The translations under genes were made by a program, and so were the position numbers. Below the pieces are notes generated by a model. That model saw only the letters and a program-made list of their open reading frames with translations, was not told the origin of the DNA and made no database searches. A stretch of 64,000 nt of DNA, taken from NCBI GenBank assembly GCA_025786725.1, contig JAHLTZ010000011.1:620001-684000 (forward strand), given 5' to 3'. The DNA comes from Syncephalis fuscata S228 (lineage: Eukaryota > Fungi > Zoopagomycota). Shown one piece after another: positions 12,249 through 26,154 of the stretch (the first letter of the stretch is position 1; each line of letters begins with the position of its first letter).

Positions 12249-15200
12249 ATTATAATAATTATGATTATAATTATCAATAGCAACATTATAAGTGTTATTA
12301 CTAGTACAAGTGTATAAATGTATTAGTGTATTAGTGTATATCTGCATCAATGTTATTATGATGGCTATCAATATGATTATTTCCATATGTGTTTGTTATA
12401 CGTATCTTTTCTGTATACCAGTGTATTAATAGAATGACCAAGGGTCAACCACAAATTTAGATGGATAAGATTGAAATATCAACCATTGTGACTTTGTTAT
12501 CACTATAATAGTCAATGGATTCACGCAACTGCTACACGCCATGAATACAAAAATGGCAGTATCTATTTTCAACAAACATCAAGGTTCTTTTTTTTATTCT
12601 TGTCCATATTCAGACCAAAAAGTAAAAAAAGTTTCTCGCCCATAGTGATGACGGACAATATTATTACCGAACAACAATGATTCAATCGATATGCAACGGT
12701 AAAACTATTAATAAATACACTATTTTACTATACAATAATTACCACTGTATCTCATGACCATGTCGGTCCTTTGTAACGCATAATAGGTAAGCAGAATATT
12801 AATTATAGAGATAAAACGACTGGATACCAGTGATCGTTGGTCATTAGGGCTTACCAATGGTGCATCCACCAATGCTTTATTTGTATCACACTCGTTTCAG
12901 CAGTAACACGATACACGCGTGCGTTGCCAACCTACCTTTATATGTACACTCGCATACATCTGCTACCTGTACACAACAACAGCATTCTACCTGTAGTAGC
13001 CATAATGGCAGTAGAATGGCAATGGCATGGTCCATTGCCGATAATAAACAGTCACGCCGCCTTTTTTATCGTTGCTGTTCGATAGCACTACACTTTTATG
13101 CCATGTCGACTACTATGGCCTATATTACACAATAGCTGTGACAGCATATCAATTCTGACGCACATATTAGCACTTGTATTCGTATTTTGTAAAACACCGA
13201 CTACAAAGGCAGCGTCTAGCATTTCCCTTTTTCCTACCTTTTCTATTCAAAATAATCACACCTTTACTCATATCTATTCGCGTCCATAAATCACGACCTT
13301 AAAGATGATCCTCTGCGTATGCTGATTAATTGATTTGGTGTGGATGGTTGGTTATAGAATAGAACAGAATAAAAATAGTAGAGCAAAGTTAATAATATCT
13401 ACTTGCAGAATTACCGACGCCGAATTGACCTCCACGTGAATCGCCGCCATATTCAATGGGCATAGTATAATGAGCACACGTGTCTTCAATTCGACTCACA
13501 TGAACCATGTGATGTCCACACCCTGGCATCCATAAAAATAAATAAAATCTCTATTATAATGTATTAGTTAACAACAATGACGCATATCCAAAAAGTCAAA
13601 AGAATGAAATAATAAACGGAAATAGATGTAAAAATAAAAATGATAGAAAACAGACTACCACAAAGGAACGGCACGCATGACGTTGAGTTCGATAGACTTT
13701 GGCATGAACCTGCTCGACCGTGCAGCATCAAGCACTCCTTCCTACATATCGCCGACCGAGATATGAGTAATTGGTGCCATGAATTCCACGCATGTACCCC
13801 TATCGCACCGGCAAATAGCCATAATGCAGGCCATCCGTAGGAGGTCAAACAGCCATAGGCAGGCAAGTAGGCAGGCAGGCAAGCAAGCAAGCCGACCGGT
13901 AAATGGAGAGATAGATGGATAGATGACCACACGGTCTATTACTATCCAATAGCCGTCCATAGTGGGGCCAAGAAACATAGGCATCCTTGTTATCATAGTA
14001 ATAATCAGAATTAGTCCATTTATGGTAATTGCTGGCATCTTCCAAATAGACCACACACCCACACACACAAGCTACCAATCAATCACACGCAATACAAGGT
14101 GATACGGAGAGCGCGGGGAAACGACGCTTGTCCATTAACAAACGAAATATATGTAGGAATGTATGTAGGTACGTATGTGTCTATGTGTGTGTCTATGTGT
14201 GTGTATATGTATATATATGTGTGTGTAGCAGCTGCAAATGCATCCATCACTACGAATAGCAATATGACAGCAATAGTCCTGGTAGCATCGTCATTTAGCA
14301 TCATGCTCTTAATGGACTGTTGTTTTGGCTGTTGCAGCTACGCTCTGTAATGCTCAATCTGACCTCAGTTCCTTTTTTTTTGTTAAATACTAGACCTGTA
14401 CCTTGGATTTCTTACTCGAGTCTACTCGCCACTGCCTTCTCGCTCACTTTTTTTTCTTGTTACTTGGACGTTTAACAACAACACGATATCCATCTTTTTT
14501 TTATTAACCACTTGCTGGCTATTATTTTTCAGTGCTATTATACCTACTGCTATTACTACTGCTACTGCTACTACCGCTACTTCTACTTCCACAGTTACTA
14601 GTTAGTTAGCTATAGTCAGTTTGGGTGGTTTTGCTTTGAACGAATATCTATATTTCTTTTGCTTTTCAGTTTTTTCATTATAATTGTTTTACTGCCATTA
14701 TTTCATTTTAACTACAAATAGTTTGACTCGCTATTGGTGTATTTGTTTAAATAATCAATACGTGTTTACTGTGTAGTGTTAGAGAAGCTACTTTTCGTCC
14801 ATTGATTCTATCTACATCTCTTTCTTTCCATCTCAATCTATTCATATCTACACATAGGTATCGTTGATTTACACTGTCGCCATTCGTCATCAATACGCTA
14901 TTGTCATTGACGATTGGTAGTGGTACTGATATTGATATTCTTTAGCAATTTGACTCTATCCGCTAGCATATATACACGCACGTACGCCTACATTTATCTA
15001 CGCACGCGTCTGTATTTGTCTATCTGTACCTGTCATTCTATTCACATTACAGTATCTATTAATATTTAGTATTAATCTAATTGGCCCTCTTTCTCACCAC
15101 TTACCTTTTCTACTCTTCTCTTTTTTTCATTAGCGGCCAATCGATTATATCAAATTCTATTTGCTGTTACATTTTCATACACAGCCCATTGCCTTCTCCC

Positions 15201-16060
15201 ACGATATTCCATATTAGCGTTTCATACTGGTAGTGGTGGTCCGTCCATTGCCGAGCATCCGATAGCAACACAGCCACACCATTAACGCTCGTTCGTTTGT
15301 TCTTCGTTTATTCTTTTTTTAGTCATTGCTGCCATTGCTGCTGTTGTTGTTACTACATTTACTTTTACTTTCACCTTTACCAACTATAATATTACTACTA
15401 CTGGTATTAGTATTAATAGCTTTGTTATTGTAAAGTAACTACTTTTCCTTTATCTCAACGCTTCCTTCTACTCCATCTATCTGCTTCTTGCGGTTTCGTG
15501 GCAATTGTCTGTATCAGAGTGCAATTGTACTCCTTGACTTTTGCTATCCTTTGTACGTACAGTGTGCGTGTTTCTCATTCTCATTAGCATTGTATCAAGC
15601 ATATACTGAGCATTGAGTAACAACTCTGCCAAGCAAGCTCGCTAGCACGAAATAGGCGATAACCACCAACCAACCAACCAATCTCTCTTCTCTCCTTTTC
15701 TTTCCTTTACGTATCGTGCGTGCACGAACTCGAAACAACATTGCACAGTAGAGAACAACAGCCGCAGCACGTTCTCTTAAATACTACACTGGTCTGTCGG
15801 TACATTGCCACGCCGCGCCTTTTCCTTTCCTCTATTTCTCTTTGTCTTATTTTGCAACTGTTTTATTTAGTGTATTGCCTCACTGTCGCGTTATTGTAAC
15901 TATCTACTATCCTTTCTTCTAGTCTTCTATTCTACCTGTGACTGGCATTGATATCAAAACAAGTCTATTGACTTTTAGCAACCATCGCAGCAACTGTCGT
16001 CTTTAACAACAACATCGTCATAACTAGCACAGCAATTCAATTATCATTTCTATTGCCATC

Positions 16061-18544
16061 ATGCCACAGCCATTAAAATCACGGCCTAAAAATATTATTA
16101 CACAAATGCAACCACTCGACACGTCGTCCCATGCTCCAATGGAAGGCTCGTCCGTCCTACCGGGATTGCCGACACCGACCTTCACTGGATCGTCGTCACG
16201 ACATCGACATGCTGAGAAATCCGACGCAGCTTTACAGCTATTAATGTCGCTGTTTGCCGATGATCCTAGTAATTCGGACAGTCACTGGCGACCAGCCGGT
16301 GAACGCAGCGGTGTACGTATTAGTGCACACGACACACTAATGGGATCAGCCGGTACATTGCCAGTCATTCGTGGTGATGGCATTATCGAAGGTGGATTTG
16401 CACCCAGAGAAGTCATGGCGGTTATTAATAGTTTAGGTGCCCGTAAAATATGTAAGATAATAATGATAATTATAGATGAATAGGTCAATGGCTATTTATA
16501 TAATAATGAAACAAATAATTCATTTATACTAATTTGTTTTGTTAACACACCATTTAGGGGATACTCGATTTGACGGTGGTAAACTAGTTCAAATATTCAA
16601 TCCAACTGAATGGCTGGCCCATATTGCACTTAAAGGCACCTTTCCCATGATGAATCGCGATGTTGTTGTTATGACACAGTTTTATCGCGATGAACGCAAT
16701 GGCTTTCTATGTTATTGCTCTACATCAGTGGAGGATTCGCTTGTGCCAATTGACCCGCAAAAAGTACGAGGTCATTTAGGTCTAGCTGGCTGGGTAATCC
16801 GGCCTGATCCCACCTGTATGTATGGTGACCGACTTAAGGTTACCTACATTGTACAGATGGATGTAGGCGGCCAAATGCCTCAATCAATTGCCAAAATGCT
16901 TCAACGTGAATTACCTACGTGTATTAGTGGCATATCGCGCTATTTGCGGCGCTTTTCATTCCCGCCCCACTTTATTCCACAGCTATCGCCACCGAGACGC
17001 CATGCCTTGGCAAAGCCATTGCCAAGTAAGTCACCAAGACGGCCTAGTCGTCGTCCTCGTGGTGGTATACGTATCATTCACGATACATTTGAACATCGAT
17101 TGGCTACCTACGATCTTGCCTATCGTGTTGAATTGAATCCATTTGCTGCAGCTGTTGCAGCTCATGCTGCAGCCATGGGCTCTTCATCATCGATTAATTC
17201 AGTTATGTCGCAACAGCCATCACCACCTTCATCTTCACGTTCATCATTTAGCATAGGATGTGGTAATAACACGTCCTCCAGTACTGAAGTAGTAACTGTT
17301 GAAGTACGTATACCACAGCCACTTTTCCCTCATGGTGTTCAGGTCGATGTACGGCCAGCTGAACGTGTTGCTTGGCAATTGATCGACGAGCGTACCGGAA
17401 AAGTAATTGATGAAGGCGGTGAAGCAAGTGAGGCAGTAGTGGCGGCAGCATGCGAACGACTGGCCCAATTGCCCTTGTTGTCGATGAAGACGACGACGAT
17501 AACGATAAGGGACTTGAAAATGGATTGAAGAATATGTCACTTGATCGTGATAGCCATAGCATTAGAAATGATTGCAGTGAAGAGGATGACTGTTTTGCAT
17601 CATTGCCATCACCAGTACTGCCTGGCCGACTTGTTCCACTCACCACGAGTGACAATATGACAACCGTGCCTACTTGTGCATTTGGCCGCGTTGTGCGACG
17701 ACGACGTGTTTCTAACTCGAGCGAGGATAGCGATGATATTACTGGCGGGCCAAGTCATGGTCTAATGCCACGACGGGCCGGTGTATTTGCCGCTTTACCA
17801 GCTGGTCTACAAACACCTATACTGTCTTATCAGCAGCCGCAAGGATTGCCACGATATCCGCTTTCGTCTAGTCGGTCCTACACCACTGACTCTCCTCTAC
17901 CGCCACCGTTATCAACGACATCATCGGCATCATCTATGGCCAATGGCGCGTCACTAATGCCGTGGGTTGGTCTGTGTGCTACACAGAGTACACCTGCTAC
18001 CATGCAAACACCGGCCACCAATCATCATCACCACCACCAACAACAACAGCAGCAACATTATTCGGCATTGATGCCTGGTACGACAATAAATTCAAATATG
18101 ACAACAGGCCATGGGCCTTATATCTCACAAATGGCTGGTACTTTCCGTCGATCAACGTCGGCCCTTTCGACACCTAGCTCGAATTCACCATTATTGCCAC
18201 CAGCCACGCTGCCACCCATCTACAGTACAGGCAATACTGGTACAGGTGTGGTAGGACAGATTGGTGTACGTGGACTATCACGTAGCAATAGCACTTCGTC
18301 GGCCTGTTCTGTAGCCACTAACGCGAGTGCTTTTAATCACCGCCGATGCATTTCACCGATGCCTGTCGCTGACTGGCAACATGGATACGAAACACGTCAT
18401 CCAGGCCACCGACTTGTCATCTATAACGATGCACGCATCGATGGACGAGCCGTGCAAGTATGTGTGAAGAAACGACCTTCACCTCACAAGCAGCAACGAC
18501 TATTTGGTACGAGTACATCATTAAGCTGGATCCACCGGGATTAA
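16061..18544 (+). CDS. START/Bet v1-like lipid-binding domain protein with long low-complexity region
   Basis: LPVIRGDGIIEG..ARKIWDTRFDGG..FPMMNRDVVV..VRGHLGLAGWVIRP..VTYIVQMDVGGQMP is a START signature. One intron at about 16452-16558 and a frameshift near 17470 joining ORF 17450-18544. Confidence 0.82.
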
Positions 18545-18780
18545 GTGCCGCGCGTTTCCTATTCCTTTCCTTTCATTTCATTTGTGTGTGTTTTCTAACT
18601 ACAGCTGCTACAACAAAACAATACTTGGTATTAAAATTGTGTTTACTTTATTACTTATTAGCATTAATGCCATTAGTATTATTAAATTTTATTTGTGTTT
18701 TAAATAGAATATCAAACTTATTTGCTGTTAAACAAACTTTATTGCAGCAATGATTGGCAAACATTGACAAAATATGAGGA

Positions 18781-19937
18781 TTAAAGACTAACGTCAGTAT
18801 CTTTTTCAGGTGCGCCAATATGTAGGAAACCATTACCGGGGGCCCAGGCCTTACAGTTTGCTGAACTGTCCATACCAATGCCAAAGTAATGGTTATGACG
18901 AGCAATATCGGGCAATGGAATAATTGAAGCAGAGCAAGTTGGGTCACCTCGATGCTGGCCTTGCTCACAGATGGTGACCTTCATACCATCGGCCGAGTAG
19001 ATCCAAGCCTCAGTATCGTGGAAGTAATAGTTAAGCACTCTTAATGGCAGTCGCGGGATAATATCGTTGTAGTTAATGACGTGTAGCGGTGATGGGAGAT
19101 AGTCGTTGGCTGATTGATCCATTGGCTTGTAAAGTCGCTTGTTAATTAATTTGGAGAAAGCGGCGTTGCCAGATTGTGGTTCACCAAACGTGTAAAGTTC
19201 AAGTTGAACCGATGATATTTCAAGTATATCAAAGTGAAGAGCAGCCAAAGTAACAATTGCTATTAAAGTTTGTTAGTGATTGTTGTTAATAAACTATTGT
19301 TTACAATAATAATGTATATTATTATCCACCTCGTCCCTTTTTTCAACTTACCACCACCCATTGAATGGCCGATAAAAGTAGGTGTGTAGCGTGGATATTG
19401 CCGTACGATATCACGTAGTGCATCAATCAATTCACCCTTAAGACCGTGGTAGCAGTTAACGAAACCAGCGTGGATGCGAACACTTTGATCTTCAATCCAC
19501 TTGACCGGTCGTTGAATTAGAAGCATGTTCTGTGTCCATGACTCAATACTGACGGCACCACGAGAACCAATAATAATACGTCTATCGCGGTCATTTACAG
19601 CAAGGTAGGCATAGGCATTTGTGCGAGAATCGAAGAAATGACGGATGTATCGAGTACCGGCCGTCGCACCTTCACAGTTCTCGCCGCAATCCCATTCACT
19701 AACATCACAGGCGGCAGCAGCAGCGTAACGAACAAATAAGTTCAGCTTATTCATCACTGGCTCCGACACCGACTGGTGATTTCTTTGTGGCTGCAATGGG
19801 TTAGGAACACCCGGCATAGGTACCAGCGAGGCAAGCGATGGGGCAACGAGCCCAGCCAAACAAAAGAAAGAAAGGCTTTTAAGCTTTATACAAATATTAA
19901 ATTAGTTATTAATAAATTACATTTAACTTACCATCAT
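18781..19937 (-). CDS. Secreted class 3 (fungal triacylglycerol) lipase
   Basis: Signal peptide; RIHAGF; nucleophile GHSMGG; YTFGEP; NYNDIIPRLP; HNHYFG. Micro first exon (ATG ATG) and an intron directly after GHSMGG. Confidence 0.92.
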
Positions 19938-21314
19938 TTGGTGTATTAAAAAGTGTATCAGACAGTGTATTAACAACAAATGGCTATTAGTATATAGAAG
20001 AAAGATAGTCTAGTGTATTAATTAAAAGAGAAATGAGTGATAAAGTGTAGGAATAACAAGTAGCCGTACAATTAGAGCACTTTTATACTGATCGGCTAAG
20101 TATCATAGATCAAATGCCACGCCTTAAAATATTGGTTATATAGAGCATAATGATGTATAACGGCGATAAGCATGCTGATCTTTGCTTAAATGAATGATAG
20201 GCGTCGTCTACAGCATGCAGCAATAGGTTTAGCGTGATGAATAAAGGTAGAGAGTACAGAAATGCACGCTGTTGCACAGCATATTCTCTATAACAGTTAG
20301 TATGAAAATATTTAGCTAAACATTGCACTAGTATAATTTAGTTAATTATAGTCATAATTAATAATTAAATAGTATAGACACTATTCAATGCTATACCAAG
20401 TAGTTTAATAATCGGTGACACTATCCATAATTATAAGAAACTTATGTACTACACAATAGATCTTACATTGGACAGAATAAAGAGCCAATAAAAAAGACAC
20501 ATACTAATCAATGATACAACAATGGTAATGTCGAAAATGGAGCAAAGGCGACCAATAGATCCCATAGACACATTGATTTGTTCCTATTGTCGGCTATAAG
20601 CATGCATGGTTGACTTTGTTGAAGCTACGTATATAGAACAATGCGCACTGCATGTGGGATGTCACCCACGGTCATGCCCACTTCTACAGTACGTATTGTT
20701 AACCCGCCCACTATCCACCTTTTAACTGAGTCTAGTACGAATTAGTTGAGTCGATTTATTTGTAGATGAACTATTAGATTGTAGATAATAAAAGTTGCAA
20801 CCTATTTAGGTGATACACATTTTTACAACTATTTAACTTTTACAACTATTATTTCAATGATGTCATAATGAACAAATAGTAATTACAACTAATTTATAAT
20901 AATTTATAATAATTTATATTGCACGATTTAATTGAATTTATTAATATGATGTTTTAACCAACCAAGTTTAGAAATAATTAAATTATCAATCTACATATCC
21001 ATAATCATTAAACAACTATTTATTGACATGATCAAAAGACACGATAAACCGTATTATAGACATTGATGCTAAAGTAGTGATTGTATAATTGCTCATAGAT
21101 AAGCGGATCATGTGGTAATGGCGCCTTATTACAATATGTCATAGTCCCTGAGTGCGTCATCGTTTTATCTATTGTCGTGCAGGTTCTTTCTTTTCTTTTC
21201 GTCTTTCTATGAAGCTGCCCTTTTATTGCCATCATATAACGCCAAACTAGCGGTTAGCCGGCCTTTAGTGATCTTTAAATTGGCAATTGTTTTTGTTTAT
21301 ACTAAAAAGCAACA

Positions 21315-24096
21315 ATGCCTACTCATCAAAACTGGTCCACTAACAATAGTATATTTCGCCAGATGGAGCAGATTTGCAATAGTAACACCAACTACATGGA
21401 ACGTATATTACAAGTAGAAGATGACACTATTGGCGTTAACTATCGTCAAGAAGATGCAATGGAGGATACACGACGCGGTCCTAATCCTTCGACATCTTTT
21501 TCAGCTCGCTTAGATCCTAATCAGCAGCGACAATCACGAATGGAAGGCAATGCACCAGCAGACTATGGCCATCCACATAGCCATAACAACAGTGATAGCC
21601 AAGATAATGAAGAAGAAATACACGATAAAAGAAGCGTACATGGTACATCTACCGGTAAACAAACCGGCAATGATGTTCTATTATTAGTGACGGCCTTTAC
21701 AGAAATGTGTAGAACCATTCGATTTCTACGTCAGTCCATGCCACATCAATCGTTAGAGCCACCACCACATTTCTATTACACTGAGAATGAAGCGGCTCGC
21801 CATGTCAATCGACACTCAAATAATGAGATGACATCACCACGTGATGAGTCTACTGCTAATCAGCACCAAAACCATTCAAGCTGGAATGGTAATGAACAAA
21901 GAATCGATCCGATATTAAATAGACGTGCTATTCATTGTGATACTGCTACAGTAGAAGAGGCAGATGTAACTATCCCAAGGAGCCAGCAAGGATCAGATAC
22001 GTCATCGACTTATAAAAGGTCATCAAATAGGTAATGTTAAATGAATGGTAATTAATAAAGAATGCTAATGATAAACATAGCGAAGTGAAGACAGCATTGA
22101 AAGCCTATGATAATACACAAAATACTTCTACACCACATAATTACTATAAGCAACAACAAGATGAAGAAGAAATAGATCTATTTAAAGCAAATAAGGAACA
22201 AGATCCACCAGTCGTGTCATGGAATGCAGATCGGCAAAACGTCCAGCCAATAGTCAATCGAGCAACAAGTGCCACATATAGCATTACTAGTCCTAAAGAT
22301 AGATCTTCGCTTTCGTTATTTACAAGCTATCCAGAACAGCCTACTGACCAAGAGAACAATGAAAATAGATATGAAACAAAGAACGATAATGAAATGTCAA
22401 GCAATTAGACAACGTAACAAGAGATAGACGATCGTCGTTATTAAATGGACGCAATTTATCTACAGGCAGTTTGAAGCAAAAACCAGCCTTTTCTAAGCAA
22501 AACAAACAAGATCGTGTTAATACTGTTGTGGCCCAACCTCATGTATTTAGTGGTACAGCAATTTCAACCAGTTTATTATCTAAAAGCCATTTAGAAAAAG
22601 ACATGAAAGCCAATGCATTAATATTGGCTCGTTTTAAAGGTACTCATTTACCAGGCGATGCAGCTCCTTCGCCAACAATGACTGGAACGGTTAACATGGC
22701 AAATGAGACGGCTCGAGTAGAAGATGAACTACAGGCCGATGCATCTTATTGCGGAACAGATGACTGCAATTACTGTCCACCGAATGAGATGGCGTCTATG
22801 AATTCTGCCTCTGCAACACCAAATATAAATCATCCACCACCATTGCCGGAATTTTTCCAGTCAGCCAGTATGGATTTGAATACATATTTATCGTTAGAGG
22901 AGGAAGGAGAAAGACAAGATGATGAATATGTCGATGAAGACGATGGGACGAGTCAGAACGAAAGAGATGAAAATAGTGTAGAATTGAGCCATCCATCGTT
23001 TTTTGAAGGCAACATAGAGAATCGTCTATCTAGCACTCATCGAAGCTTCCATATGTCCAGTCCCATTATGTCCAGTGTCAATGAGTTGCTAACTATTGTG
23101 TCGCCCAAGCAAACGGCAACCACATTGGTAGACGAAGGGATTGATGATATGATGGCTATGTCGCCTCCTTCGCAGTCAGTATTAATGTCATCACCACGAA
23201 CAAGTGGTATTTATCCTAAAGCTTTCCCGATACTATCAAATGTGTCAGCATTACCCGATAAAGTAGCCTATAATGACCATTATAATGATCATGATGATTA
23301 TAATGATGGACTACGTATCAGTAATTCAATGGCACCGCCAGCCGAAGTGTCTTCACTTATTAGTCTACCAGCAGATATTGCCAATATTTATCATCAGTTA
23401 GGATTCTCAGAAACTTTGGATCCACCGCCTATCACACCACGTATCTTAAGAGCGATACGGACTACTTTGAATCCAGAGCAGAACAACAATGATGCGCGGT
23501 TTTGGGGAATTTGTTTATTGGGCTTCTATGGCATGTTTAGCGTTGATGAACTACCGGATCCAATATTTAGAGATGCTATAGGCAGTCCTTTGCCGATTAG
23601 ATTCAGAAAGAATATAGCTACACTGAATAAGCCAGTGATTGACAATCCAGATTGCAATGAATTGTCGCTGTATTTGGTGTCTTTGCCCGTCAATAAAACA
23701 TCAAAACCGGGCAGTGATCATAATGCATCAGTTCTCTGTCCAAACAAGGCTATTCACGAGTGGCTAAGTATCGAGGAGTGTGGTCCACCTCGACAATTGG
23801 CCCAATACTTATTGGCTGGTGCGATATCGCCCACCAGTAAACAATGGATGGAACAGCGACTACAACAAGCGCTTGAAGAAACTGACCTGGATGAATTCCA
23901 TGATTTTCATTATCGCGAAAATTATCAGCTTGATAGTCTGCGATTTGGCGGTGCCGTTTGTGCCTATGAGGCTGGCGTAAAAGTAGATAATATTCGATTA
24001 GTCGGTGGCTGGAATAATTATAACACTATAGCTAAGTTTGAACTTGACTCGCTGGCCAATAATTTGGCATCGCATGTTAATCGATGCTGCCTATAA
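21315..24096 (+). CDS. Large low-complexity protein with C-terminal inactive tyrosine recombinase (DIRS/Cre-like) domain
   Basis: Three co-linear ORFs joined by a GT-AG intron (about 22032-22080) and a probable 1-nt indel near 22395. The C-terminal ~220 aa carry PITPRILRAI..FWGICLLGFYGMFSVDEL..LCPNKAI..YQLDSLRFGGA..AGV..GGW..KF. Confidence 0.78.
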
Positions 24097-24341
24097 GCTA
24101 GAATATAGCAATTGATTAATTATAATAAAATTGCGTATAACGAATAATCACTTGGCCATTTAATGTCTATAATAACATGCCAATTATTTTGTTTAAATAT
24201 CATAGTGTACTTGCTTTAATTGATGTGTACTAATTAACAGCAACAAAATACTAATTACTAATAACAATATTACTAGAAAAGATATTGGCAAAATTGGACT
24301 ATTTATTATTTAATCACTAAATGATTGTAGATTATTACAAC

Positions 24342-25024
24342 TTAAGCGGCAAGCATTGCTACAAATGCCGCAATAGAAGTTGCAAAAATAAAAAGATTAG
24401 AGTTCTTCAATTCCTTGTTAGCATCGTTGTTAGAACCGGCGGAATTTGAGTTACTTTGGGTATTAGACGGGGAGGATTGAACGGTAACGTTACATGTTGC
24501 TGTATCTTCTTTAATCATTTTCATCATATCGATATAAGGCTTGCTGTTGGTTAGAACAGGTCGCGGTGAAGTCCATGAAGCTCGTGCTTTAATGACATCA
24601 ATCATACAGCCGCTACAATACTCGGCTGGATTACTTTTATTTTTCTTATTGCCGGCTAAGCAGTATTTTCCATCGACCGATTTGGTACAAATGGTCTTTG
24701 GGTGCATCAAGTAGAGTAGCCAGATGCTATACGCTGTTTGTGCAGCATTATCCGGCCCCTGAAGTTCAGGCTTGCAGTCACGCTCCACCAGATCAAGTGC
24801 TTTGTTAATTTGGGCATCGGAGCAGAAATGGCCAAATGCTCCATCGGCAGGTGCGCTACACGTTTGAGTTATACTTTCACCGGCCAGAACGGCGAAAAGC
24901 GTAATTAGGCACTGATGCTCAAGATCAGGACTTTTTAAAGTCTTGCTGCAAGTTGGGATACATCTGCTGCAGCACACAGACCAACAGCGGCAAACAAAAG
25001 AGCAATGCTAGTAAAGCGTACCAT
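24342..25024 (-). CDS. Secreted cysteine-rich, probably GPI-anchored surface protein
   Basis: Signal peptide MVRFTSIALLFAAVGLCAA from ATG 25024, with a 1-nt shift near 24957. About 10 Cys, an S/N-rich stalk and a hydrophobic C-terminus LFIFATSIAAFVAMLAA. Confidence 0.72.
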
Positions 25025-25607
25025 GTTCGTTAAATAGCTTAAAGCGTAGCAGGTAAAATAAAGAATAGTGTTTATTCCTGGCTATTGCCAGAAAATAAGC
25101 CAGTATTTAAAGATAATTAGCGCTAGTAGTTTATTCTAGACAAGAAACGTGATAGAACATGCTAATGGAACCAGATGCACTTGAAAGGCCTTACTTACAT
25201 TTGCGTACACGCAGTTTTGGTAATTAGATATACAGCTCATTAAAAATGATTGTTAAACTTAATAAAGGCCTGGTCATTGGCAGCTTTAGGGGTTGAAAAC
25301 GACACGTTTCCTCAGTAGTTGACACATGTGGGCCGTGTGCCCGTGATATTTGTTTCAATTTGTTACAAGCGTTAGTTGTTTAATTCTATAGTTATTTACA
25401 TTTTAACTAATAATGCATTATAATAGCCATGCTAAACTAAACTAATTAATAATATATTATGCATTTTTACTAATTAACTAAACAATATTGTATAAAGTAA
25501 CTTGGTATTACTTTCAGCTATCTTTATAAGTGGTAAATGAGGCTAACACATGAGTATTGTTTTACATCAAAACACGACCTACTTATAACACTAAGGTACC
25601 TATTTAC

Positions 25608-25648
<41 letters not shown>

Positions 25649-25680
25649 GATGTTATTGTTATTATTGATGTTATTATTAT
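25608..25680. repeat. (TTA)n/(TTG)n microsatellite
   Basis: Direct reading of a long ttattatta tract. Confidence 0.9.
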
Positions 25681-26154
25681 CCAATGTTTTGAATAGGTCA
25701 TTAGATAACGATAAAACTGACGCTATTATTTAAATAATAACATAGCTGTAAGCATGTCCTTGCTTCTACCATTAGTCGAATGCCAGTTACACGAAAAAAG
25801 GGGTGCTCATTATGACGTCGTCTTTTGAGTTTTTTTCCTATCATCCATATAGATTTGTGTGTATGAATGAGCGAGCGAGTGTCTATATACGTACAGATAG
25901 AGGATAGATGTTCTTGTGACGACCACCGCCTTTTCCTCTCTTTAACACCACTCATCTCATCTTTGTTGTTATTATTGTTGTTGCTGCTGCTGCTGCTGCT
26001 GTTGTTGTTATTTGTTAATATCAATAACACCTTTCTCTTTTATCAATTGTTCTGATAACACGGCTGCCGGCCACAGTTATTAGCAAATCTGCCATTTTTA
26101 GCTAAATCTACTGCTAATTAAGCAGCAGACTTGAATAATAAGCCACTAGCGATC

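Noticed and set aside
12837-14350. Numerous short ORFs on both strands
   Set aside because: Derived from simple repeats and compositional bias; no motifs or splice structure.
20100-24300. Intact DIRS/Crypton mobile element around the recombinase domain
   Set aside because: No RT, RNase H, gag or terminal repeats were seen, and the catalytic residues are substituted.
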